A DNA stretch of 64,000 nt, from contig OZ242374.1 in assembly GCA_965209055.1 (NCBI GenBank), forward strand, positions 2,976,001-3,040,000, written 5' to 3'. Shown here one piece after another: positions 31,158 through 39,053 of this stretch. The DNA comes from Acidobacteriota bacterium. Its GTDB lineage: Bacteria; Acidobacteriota; UBA6911; RPQK01; JAJDTT01. The notes under the pieces are model-generated. The model saw nothing but the letters and a program-made list of their open reading frames with translations, searched no databases and had not been told where the DNA came from. Numbering within the stretch: the first letter of the stretch is position 1; each line of letters starts with the position of its first letter. The position numbers and the translations under genes were made by a program.

Positions 31158-31201
31158 GCGCCCCAAGCTCAGCAGGACAGAGCGCGGGACTGTTAGTCCC
31201 C
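31158..31201 (+). other. tRNA-like 5' half (acceptor strand, D arm, anticodon arm) overlapping attR
   Basis: GCGCCCC-AA-GCTC-AGCAGGACA-GAGC-G-CGGGA-CTGTTAG-TCCC; no T arm or 3' acceptor strand follows. Confidence 0.7.
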
Positions 31202-31720
31202 CCGTCCCCTTTGCGCCAATCCTCCAATTGAAGTTCGGCGGTTGAAAACCCCCGTTCCTTCTCCACGGTCCCACTCCCGGGCCATTTGCTTCAAATCCGC
31301 CACAATACTGCTGTAGGCGGGGTCGCCGTACAGGTTGCGCTGCTCCCAGGGGTCGTTCAGGAGATGGTAGAGGGACCCGTCCTCGTCGGGTACCCGCTCG
31401 TCCATGAAGAAGACCAGCTTCCATTCCCGGGTCCGGACCATGACCCGCCGTCCCCCGCTGCGGCGAAGTTCCTCGTAGGCATCTTCGCTGTGATCGTGCT
31501 CCGAGAAACAGGCCCGGCGCCACTCCCGGACCTCGCCCCGGATCAAGGGCAGCAGGCTCCGGCCCCGAATCCCGGAGGGCGGGTCGAAACCGGACAGCTC
31601 CAGCAGCGTCGGCAGGAAGTCCACCATCTCCACCGGCTCCGTCACCACCTTGCCCTGAGGCAGCAGCCCTGGAGCCCGAAGGATGAACGGGACCTTGACG
31701 TTGGTGTCGTAGAAATCCCG
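31193..31720 (-). pseudogene. 3' part of a split sulfatase
   Basis: DFYDTNVKVPFILRAPG...VDFLPTLLEL...GRSL...MVRTREWKL...LYHLLNDPWEQRNL is a sulfatase C-terminus; joins in frame to 43366-44366. Confidence 0.9.
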
Positions 31721-31780
31721 ATTGTCGGGTGTCCTGGTCTGGAAACCAACGGCCGAACGTATAATAAACCGGAGGTTGTA

Positions 31781-32767
31781 ATGGGAAAAGTCATCAACTT
31801 CAGACCGAGACGAGCCTGTCTGTTCAATGTGGAGACCATGGCCCGGATCAACACCAAAACCGAGTCGCCACGACTCACCCGAGCCCTGGAGAGCAAATCG
31901 GAGACCACGGCCAGAACCTACAGGAACGCCATAAACGGATTTGACCGGTGGGCCAACGGCCGCCCCGTCTCGGATGAGACTTTGGCCGAATATGTCACTC
32001 ACCTCCATGAGACCGGGAAGTCTCCTGCATATGTTCGAGTCTGCATTTCCGGTCTCCGGTTTCGGGAAAAGGCACTGGGAAGACGAGACCCTAAAGGCAT
32101 GGAGACCGGTATGGCCCTGGATATCTCCCGCAGGAAGGGCAGAGGCAGAGGGAAGGGACAGGCACCCCACCTCACTAAAGACCAGATTCAGAAAATTGGC
32201 GAGGTAGCGGTGTTGTCCGGGAGTCTCTGGGGCCTGAGAGACCGGGCCGTCATCTCCACCATGTTCGCGGCCGGTCTGAGAGTCTCTGAGGCTTGCGAGT
32301 TGGAGGTGAGAGACCTGGAATGCCTCGAAGACGGGAGCGGCCTGCTCACAGTTCGATTCTCGAAGACGGATTCAGAGGGTAAGGGATTCACCATGGGTCT
32401 GTCTCCCGGACCGGTCCGGCATCTTTGCGAATGGATAGAACGAGCTAGTCTCAGGGACCGGGATCCCCTATTCCCGGCGATTCATTCCAAGGGTGTGGAC
32501 AATTTCCAAACCCGGATTGTCAGATACAAGGCATCAACCAAGACCATGGCCCGGATCGTCTCAACTCGTGCTGAGGCTGCCGGGTTTCCCGGTGTGACAA
32601 GTCATTCCATGCGGCGGTCGTTTGCCGCTCATTTGAGTTTACAGGGTCTCCGAACTCATCAAATCCAAGAGGCGGGTAGGTGGACTTCACCTAATATGGT
32701 GCTCCAGTACACACAAGGGGCCCGGGCCACTCGGTCCAAAGTCGTGGCGGCCATGGCATGGGAGTAG
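31781..32767 (+). CDS. Cre-like tyrosine recombinase
   Basis: GGAGG RBS with TATAAT upstream; LRDRA, AGLRVSE, FSKTD, SHSMRR, GRW (Cre-type Trp), MVLQY. Confidence 0.92.
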   Translation: MGKVINFRPRRACLFNVETMARINTKTESPRLTRALESKSETTARTYRNAINGFDRWANGRPVSDETLAEYVTHLHETGKSPAYVRVCISGLRFREKALGRRDPKGMETGMALDISRRKGRGRGKGQAPHLTKDQIQKIGEVAVLSGSLWGLRDRAVISTMFAAGLRVSEACELEVRDLECLEDGSGLLTVRFSKTDSEGKGFTMGLSPGPVRHLCEWIERASLRDRDPLFPAIHSKGVDNFQTRIVRYKASTKTMARIVSTRAEAAGFPGVTSHSMRRSFAAHLSLQGLRTHQIQEAGRWTSPNMVLQYTQGARATRSKVVAAMAWE

Positions 32768-32878
32768 GCGGCCCCACCTTCGCGGTTCACTGAGAGTGAT
32801 GAGCTGTCCCGGCCTGCTTTGAAGCGGTGAGACGGACGTACAATAAAGGTGCCACTTTAATCACGAAGGGAGGAGACA

Positions 32879-33130
32879 ATGGAACTGATACCGCAGGAAT
32901 CAACGCGTGAGGATGTGCAGGATGCCTACAAAAGAGGTTTCCGGTCCGGTAACGAGTTAGGTCACCGAAAAGGGAAAACAGAAGGCTATCAGAGGGGCTT
33001 GAAGACAAAGGAACTACGGGAAGCCTTTGATAAGGGCCATGAGCTCGGAGAGGCGGAAGGCCACGCCATGGGTTTTACCAAGGGCTGGAACGCAAGAGGG
33101 AGAGAAAGAAATGAAGTTGATGCCGAATGA
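32879..33130 (+). CDS. Small hypothetical protein with GxxxG repeats
   Basis: GGAGGAG RBS; YKRGFRSG, YQRG, FDKGHELGEAEGHAMGFTKGW periodicity. Confidence 0.7.
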   Translation: MELIPQESTREDVQDAYKRGFRSGNELGHRKGKTEGYQRGLKTKELREAFDKGHELGEAEGHAMGFTKGWNARGRERNEVDAE

Positions 33131-33434
33131 CACGGAGCCGAAAATTCTTTTCTTTTATCTGAGCCTTGCCGCGAATGTGGAGCGTGCGGAGAAGAATCCC
33201 GGTATGCTCCCGGAAGTCAGTGAGCAGTGGAGAAGGGGAGTGGACGCTCTGCCACGGATGCACGAAGACGCCCCCGATTTGTGGCGATTACTCCAACAGG
33301 GTAAGGATACTCCCGAAGTTCGGGAGAGAATGAGGGCTGTTAGTCGGCGCCAACCGTCCGAACGGACAGATGCGGAGCAGGCATTTTTCCTATGGGTGAC
33401 AATCGCCCTTATGGTGCCTGTCACGGTCCATTAG
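33111..33434 (+). CDS. Hypothetical protein
   Basis: Overlaps the preceding ORF and converges on the portal stop. Confidence 0.55.
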   Translation: MKLMPNDTEPKILFFYLSLAANVERAEKNPGMLPEVSEQWRRGVDALPRMHEDAPDLWRLLQQGKDTPEVRERMRAVSRRQPSERTDAEQAFFLWVTIALMVPVTVH

Positions 33435-33438
33435 TGGC

Positions 33439-33594
33439 CTACACCCCGGCCAGACGTTCTGCATCCGCCGCAGACCATCCCTTGTCCCGCAAACGGGCGG
33501 CCATGGCCAGCCGTTGATTGAGCGGGACCAACCTTGCCAACACTGGCGAGGTGTCCAACATCACCGGACGTTCCAGCACCCTAGCGGTCTCGTC
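33439..33594 (-). pseudogene. Portal gene 3' end separated by the IS
   Basis: DETARVLERPVMLD...AERLAGV* continues the 35628-36500 frame once the IS and one repeat are removed (342 aa). Confidence 0.75.
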
Positions 33595-33722
33595 TTGGAG
33601 GGTGCGGACCCAACCGCCGCATGTCGTCGCTACCCAACTCCGCAAGGCGTCCGGCCTTGTCGTCGTGGAGTTTGGACCAAGACCCACTAAGGCACGGGGA
33701 ATCCCTAGAGACTCGCTCAGGT
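33595..33722. repeat. 128-bp direct repeat (target duplication), left copy
   Basis: Identical to 35628-35755. Confidence 0.92.
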
Positions 33723-35627
33723 CCTGACTTCGACGGTTTTGAACCGTAAGTTATTGATTTAATTATGCAAGTGTTCTCAGAGTACACTACAGAGCTAGGA
33801 AATGGAGAGCGGGGCGGGGTTCAACTCTGGGGACGATTTGGCGACAACAGCAGGGTCGTGGTCCGGCGGAGGGTGAGGCCGACCGTCTTGTAGAGCAAGC
33901 GCTGCTCCCGGGTGGAGCCGAAGGGGACCAGGTAGCGGTTGCCGTTGCCCTGATCGCGGATCAGCGAGACGGTCACGTTGCCGAGTTCCGCCAGGATTCG
34001 GTCCTCGCTCAGCGACGGCTGGCCGGCATGCTGCCGGGCGTACTTCCAGCGCAGGATGCGCAACAGCGCGAAAGCGACGTAACAGAGGGCGACGTGGGCG
34101 CGAACCCGGCGCTCAGTCCAGTGAAAGACCGGGCGTACCCGGAGCGTGTGTTTGAGCACCCGGAAGCCCTGCTCGATCCTCCACAACTCGGCATAATGCG
34201 CCCGGATCTGTGAGGCGGGGGGTTCGCCCAGGCTGGTCCAGACCCCGTGCAGTCCATCAAAGAGAGCATCGCGTTCGATCGCCTGGCGGTTGAGCGTGAC
34301 CGCATGGCGTTTCAGCTTCAGGAACCGTCCCGGGCGCCGCCCGAGCGGTTCTCCCTTCGCGATCTTCTCTTCGGCCTTCTTCACCGCCTGCTCTCGGGCT
34401 CGGGCGTCCCGGCGCGCCTTGCTCGGACAGTACCGCACCACCAGCCGGCGACCGTTGACTTGCCGTTCGGTCAGACGCCTCAGACGTCCCTTCCGGTCCA
34501 GCGGCTGTGGAGTCCACTCCTGCGGAGAGCCCAGGGCAGCGAAGTCGGCCCGCTTGAGCTGCCGGAGCCGTGCCGCGACCACCCAGTCCAACCCCGCCTT
34601 TGTCAGCGCCCGCAGGTTCTTGTCGCTCAGCAACCCGGCGTCGGCCACCACCACCGCCCGTCCAACTTCGAACTGCTCTCGCAACTCCTGAAGCATCGGC
34701 AACAGCGTCTTGACCTCCGTCGTGTTCCCCGGGAACAAGCGATACCCGACCGGCAACCCTTCCGTCGTCTGCATCAACGCCAGCACCACTTGCGAGCGAT
34801 ACGGTTTCCCGTCCTTGCTGTATCCCTTGCGTCGCAAATCGTCTTCCACTTCGGTCGCGAAGGAGAGCGTCGTCGTGTCCAGGAACACGACTTGCACCGG
34901 CCCTCCCAACAAGCCCCGGACGGTTCCGTCCAAATGCTTCAGCAATCGGCTCTGCCGCTGACGATTCAGGCGATCCATCATCCGGTAGACCCGCTCCAGG
35001 GGGAGGTTCACCCCCTGCTCGGACAACTCCGCCGCCAGGTGGCGCTTGCTTTTGCCGGGCGCAGCCAGGCGCGCCAGCATCAACTGCCGGAACACCCGCT
35101 CGGACCCCCGTTGATTCCGGGGCCAGAGGCGAGCCAGACCGAGATCGTCGTAGAGTTGGCCGAAGACCTCGTGAAAGCCCAGCTTCAGATCCTTTTCTCC
35201 CTGGAGCTTCCGGGCGTCGGCAATCGGGATCGGCCCCAAAGCCTTCCGCTCCCGCCGCGCGGCCACCGCCTGCTCGGCCAGATACGCCGGCGGGAACAGC
35301 GCGGGCTGCCGTTGCTCCAGCAGGCGCACCTTCTCGTACTCGGCGACCCGGAGGAGTTCCTCAAGTGCGGGCCCCTCGGGAGCGGAACCCATGGAGCGGA
35401 TCAGGCGCTGGCGGGGTTGACGGTGTTCGTTGCGGTAAGACTCGACAATTTGGACGACGACATTGGGCGTGTGTCGGCGGCGAATCTGTCGCACAAACAT
35501 GGGGAAAGTCTAACAGAACAATAAGATAATATCAATATTCCAGGTACACTACAGACGGGCCCAAAACTCAACCTCAATGGGCTCAAACGTTTCCGAGCCT
35601 CAGCGCCGATAATTTGTCGAAGTCAGG
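33723..35627 (-). mobile_element. IS1634-family insertion sequence (1905 bp)
   Basis: 12-bp terminal inverted repeats CCTGACTTCGAC / GTCGAAGTCAGG; single DDE transposase. Confidence 0.92.
33821..35500 (-). CDS. IS1634-family DDE transposase
   Basis: MFVR...QIVESYR, FLDTTT, GYSKD, VVADAG, LWRIEQGFRVLK, RPVFHW. Confidence 0.93.
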   Translation of the reverse strand: MFVRQIRRRHTPNVVVQIVESYRNEHRQPRQRLIRSMGSAPEGPALEELLRVAEYEKVRLLEQRQPALFPPAYLAEQAVAARRERKALGPIPIADARKLQGEKDLKLGFHEVFGQLYDDLGLARLWPRNQRGSERVFRQLMLARLAAPGKSKRHLAAELSEQGVNLPLERVYRMMDRLNRQRQSRLLKHLDGTVRGLLGGPVQVVFLDTTTLSFATEVEDDLRRKGYSKDGKPYRSQVVLALMQTTEGLPVGYRLFPGNTTEVKTLLPMLQELREQFEVGRAVVVADAGLLSDKNLRALTKAGLDWVVAARLRQLKRADFAALGSPQEWTPQPLDRKGRLRRLTERQVNGRRLVVRYCPSKARRDARAREQAVKKAEEKIAKGEPLGRRPGRFLKLKRHAVTLNRQAIERDALFDGLHGVWTSLGEPPASQIRAHYAELWRIEQGFRVLKHTLRVRPVFHWTERRVRAHVALCYVAFALLRILRWKYARQHAGQPSLSEDRILAELGNVTVSLIRDQGNGNRYLVPFGSTREQRLLYKTVGLTLRRTTTLLLSPNRPQS

Positions 35628-36500
35628 TTGGAGGGTGCGGACCCAACCGCCGCATGTCGTCGCTACCCAACTCCGCAAGGCGTCCGGCCTTGTCGTCGTG
35701 GAGTTTGGACCAAGACCCACTAAGGCACGGGGAATCCCTAGAGACTCGCTCAGGTCTCCCGACAGGGCCGCGTGAGACTTCATGAGTTGGTCCAGGTCAT
35801 TGGGTGCGAGTCTCACGGGCAGAGGGTAAGGCCCTGAACCGTCCATTGCCGAACGTCCGGCCAGAGGGAGGAATGAGATACCTCCGGCCAGTTCCCGGAG
35901 TTTCTGAGCCTTTTCTCTCAGGCCCTCTGGATTGTCATTCCAGGTTGCATGAATCGCAGTTCCACGGGGGGAGCCCGCGTCTAGTTCAATGGCCAAATCG
36001 ACCACGGCCAGTTGACGGGAGGCAATGCCGCAGTCTCTCCAATTCTCCCCCCGCCACGGTAGGGTCCGGGAGGGACGAATCACGGCATGGACGACTTGCT
36101 CAGGCCGGACGTTACGGTGAACCTCCGAGCGGTCAGGCCCTTCCACCGTGAGGGTCTTGTAGCGGAGCATTGAGGCGGTCCCGGTCAGTTCGTAGTCCAC
36201 CACGGGCCGCAGGGTCAGGCTATCGTCCAGGAATAGGACGGCCTCCCCTTCCTCAATGATGCAATTCGCTATCCAGGGCCAGAGCCCGGAAAAGACGGGG
36301 TCATAGTCAGAGGCCGCTAGAACGCCCTCCAAGCGTCTGGCACAAGCCATAAGGACGGCGGGCCTATACCCCCATGAAAAGACCGCGGAATGGACGGGGA
36401 GACCTGCCAGGGCCGCTATGAGAGGGTCTCCATAACCTGCCAGGCTGCGGTGTTCCTCTGCCCGTGGAGGCGGTTCCAGGTTCAGACTGATTAGAGCCAC
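35628..36500 (-). pseudogene. HK97-like portal protein, 5' part (IS-truncated)
   Basis: Lies after capsid and protease; GEAVLF, EQVVH and LGIPRALVG resemble portal motifs; divergent. Confidence 0.65.
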
Positions 36501-36991
36501 GAGGGAACCTCCCGGACTCTCTCAGTCGGTCTATGCCGTTTCGCAACCTGGACCGAGGAATCCGAATAGGCCGGACGGTCCACAATGCCGAGACCGGAGA
36601 GTCTCGCCCGTTGGATGGTCCGCAGAGTGCCGGACCACGTTTCCCGCGTAGCCTGGAACTCAAGCGAGAGACCCCGCAAGACGCCGGACTCTACAAGGGC
36701 CAGCGTATCGTCTGCGTCCCTTGTCTGCGGGAGTTCGGCGCGAATCTCCAACTGAGTGGCACTGTCCCTCAGTTCGAGGCCGCCCCCGCCGGATCTGGCG
36801 AGAGGCCGGGACCGTTGGTGCTGGACGTTCAGGATAACGTCCAGGGAGGAAACATCACCAAACGCCCCAGGCTGGAACCGCTCCCGGAAGTCAGGGAAGA
36901 TTCGGGCCTCCGAACCGTAGACAATGGCGACGCCGGAAAGGGTCCGCCCTTCCCGGCGCAGCTCCACAAATCGCCGTTCCAGGGTCTTCAC
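36491..36991 (-). CDS. HK97-family prohead protease
   Basis: RTLSGVAIVYG, FRERFQPGAF, LNVQH, GLSLEF, GIVDRPAY. Confidence 0.93.
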   Translation of the reverse strand: MKTLERRFVELRREGRTLSGVAIVYGSEARIFPDFRERFQPGAFGDVSSLDVILNVQHQRSRPLARSGGGGLELRDSATQLEIRAELPQTRDADDTLALVESGVLRGLSLEFQATRETWSGTLRTIQRARLSGLGIVDRPAYSDSSVQVAKRHRPTERVREVPSWL

Positions 36992-37000
36992 GGTGGACCC

Positions 37001-38206
37001 TTAGCTGGCCAGCTTGAACCGGAGGCGGCCAAATCCGTCGGCCCGTAGAACCTTGAGGTTCCAAAGGGCGACGGCGGTCAGCACGACTTGGCCGGTCTTG
37101 GCCTTTGTGATGCGGTCTGGAATGAGGGTGACTCCCCGCCATACCGGAAAGACCGCGTGAGTGGCATTGATCCGACGGGCCGCTACTGCGCCCTGGATAT
37201 GGGCCGCCGTCTTCTCCGGGACGTGAGAAGACACCCTCACGCCTCCACTCTTGCGGGTGAGGGTCTCATAGGCACTTTCGTTTGTGCCTCCGGCGGATTC
37301 CGTGGTCCGGTACACGGACTCAGTGTGAGAGTAGGTCTGACTTCCGAGCACCATCCGGACCTGATCGGTCATGGAGGCAAAGTGGCCGTCCACTTGATCG
37401 GTCAGGGACTTCTTATAGGCCGTCCAGTCCGCTACGGCGGTGGGAGCGGTGGGAGCGGTCAGACCTCCCCCTAGCAGACCCTCTGCGGTGTCGGTCAATA
37501 GCAGTTCATCAAACTTGCTACTGAGGGCCATTCTGAGGTTATCCCTCAATGCGTTTTCCAGTCCGGCAAGGCCATACTCGTCTTCCAGGTTCCAGTAGAA
37601 AGACGCTTGCGCCCGTTTCCGGTCCAACACACTGGCCGTAAATGCGCCCGTGGTCTCCGTGGCCGCCGCACCCTTGGCCGGAGTTCGAACCGTGGCACCG
37701 GTGGTCAGGACCGTATAGGTCTGGTCTCCCACTCCCACCGTCGGCATGGAGACTCCCAAAAAGTCTATGAGGCCGTCGGGGAAGATTTGCGGAATAATCG
37801 GGTGCTGCATCTGACCGACGTCGGAAGGTGCGGGAGTCACTGCCCGTTCCTCACCTCTCAACTGCTCAATGGCGATTTGATTTGAGGCGAGACCGAAATG
37901 GGTCTGCAACTCGGCCTCCGCTCCCTCCGTCGCCCGTTGATTGAGGGCCGCCCCTAGCACGTTACCCACAGAGGCGCGACTGACAAGGCGGTCTAGCTCC
38001 CTCTGCTCGGCATCAATCACGGTGACTTGAGGTGCTGGATTCTCTCGAACCGCGTCCCGGTATTCGGTCTCAATCTGAGGCAGTCTTTCCCGGAGTTCGG
38101 TGAGTTCGGTATTCTCGGCCTCCGTCCGGTCTCCCTTGCGTTCCAACTCGTTCATACGAGTACGCTTTTCAGAGAGTCTCACTTGCAGACGTTGAAGTTT
38201 AGTCAC
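37001..38206 (-). CDS. HK97-fold major capsid protein with N-terminal coiled-coil scaffold
   Basis: GTG start after RBS; E/R-rich coiled coil of about 80 aa; about 400 aa; C-terminal AKTGQVVLTA...VLRADGF; adjacent to the protease. Confidence 0.8.
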   Translation of the reverse strand: MTKLQRLQVRLSEKRTRMNELERKGDRTEAENTELTELRERLPQIETEYRDAVRENPAPQVTVIDAEQRELDRLVSRASVGNVLGAALNQRATEGAEAELQTHFGLASNQIAIEQLRGEERAVTPAPSDVGQMQHPIIPQIFPDGLIDFLGVSMPTVGVGDQTYTVLTTGATVRTPAKGAAATETTGAFTASVLDRKRAQASFYWNLEDEYGLAGLENALRDNLRMALSSKFDELLLTDTAEGLLGGGLTAPTAPTAVADWTAYKKSLTDQVDGHFASMTDQVRMVLGSQTYSHTESVYRTTESAGGTNESAYETLTRKSGGVRVSSHVPEKTAAHIQGAVAARRINATHAVFPVWRGVTLIPDRITKAKTGQVVLTAVALWNLKVLRADGFGRLRFKLAS

Positions 38207-38207
38207 T

Positions 38208-38528
38208 TTAGTTTCCCCCTGTATACAGGTTTTCAAGATATGCGGCCCACTGCCGCCGAACCGGCGGGACTTTATTCATGCGTTCCCGCCGGTGGACTTC
38301 CAAATGACAATCGACACAGAGCAAAAGCACGTTATCCAGGCTATGCCGTCCACCCTCACTCAACGGCCTTACATGGTGGAGTTCACAACGGCGGGAACCT
38401 AGACGTGAGGTGCGGCCGGCGGTGATTCTGTGGCCGCACTTCTCGCACTTGAACCGTGCGCGATTGACCAAGACCCACCGGCGCAAGCGGTGCTGATCTG
38501 GCCCTACTTGTCTGTGCCATTCGCTCAT
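38208..38528 (-). CDS. HNH endonuclease (packaging-associated type)
   Basis: CEKCG, ELHHVRPLSEGG, DNVLLLCVDCH. Confidence 0.9.
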   Translation of the reverse strand: MSEWHRQVGPDQHRLRRWVLVNRARFKCEKCGHRITAGRTSRLGSRRCELHHVRPLSEGGRHSLDNVLLLCVDCHLEVHRRERMNKVPPVRRQWAAYLENLYTGGN

Positions 38529-38582
38529 TCTGAGTCCATAATATTGGATAAGGTGTTGCAATTGCAACAATCACAACCGAAA

Positions 38583-38924
38583 ATGTTGGATATGCAGCAG
38601 TCGATAGGCCATCAAGTCCATTACGACGCGCCCGTAATGAGGCGCGCCAGTTCCTCCCAATGCTCATACCGAACGCTATGGCGCAAGGTGCTATGGTCCG
38701 CAGTCAGGGACTATCACGGGCTGGAAATGACTAGCCTTGTCAAAAACCTCCACGCCTCCCCGGTCCAGATCCAGGCAGACGCTAGGGCATGGGTCCACTC
38801 TGAGGAGACCGGACCCGCCACGTTCGAATGGGTAGCGGAGTTGCTCGGATTCTCCCCGGACGCTCTGCGCCAAGCTATTGACCGAATGGATAAAAGATCC
38901 ATAAACAGAAGGTTTAGGCCGTGA
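38583..38924 (+). CDS. Phage-type hypothetical protein
   Basis: LWRKVLWSAVRD...DARAWVHS...TFEWVAELLG; directly upstream of terL. Confidence 0.6.
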   Translation: MLDMQQSIGHQVHYDAPVMRRASSSQCSYRTLWRKVLWSAVRDYHGLEMTSLVKNLHASPVQIQADARAWVHSEETGPATFEWVAELLGFSPDALRQAIDRMDKRSINRRFRP

Positions 38925-39053
38925 ACAGGTCACTAAGTATGCACCTATCAGGGATTAACCATGCATTAGTGGGCTGCCCGAGGCCCCTATATGCAAGTTT
39001 CCAAACCGGCTTGCTCCCCAAGTCTTAGTTATAGCAACGTAAACGGCTGATTT

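Larger units (their letters stand above)
28455..31200 (+). mobile_element. Mini integrative element (tyrosine integrase only), ~2.73 kb
   Basis: 15-bp direct repeats GGGACTGTTAGTCCC at 28455-28469 and 31186-31200; integrase gene; shared end repeats; second copy at 1-785. Confidence 0.88.

Noticed and set aside
31158-31240. Intact tRNA-Asn(GTT)
   Set aside because: No T arm or 3' acceptor strand follows; only a 5' half is present.
31193-32170. 325-aa ORF as a single gene (also the N-extensions of 31286-32767, 29818-31119 and 3410-6133)
   Set aside because: Chimeric read-through across element junctions or upstream genes; starts were re-called from RBS and motifs.
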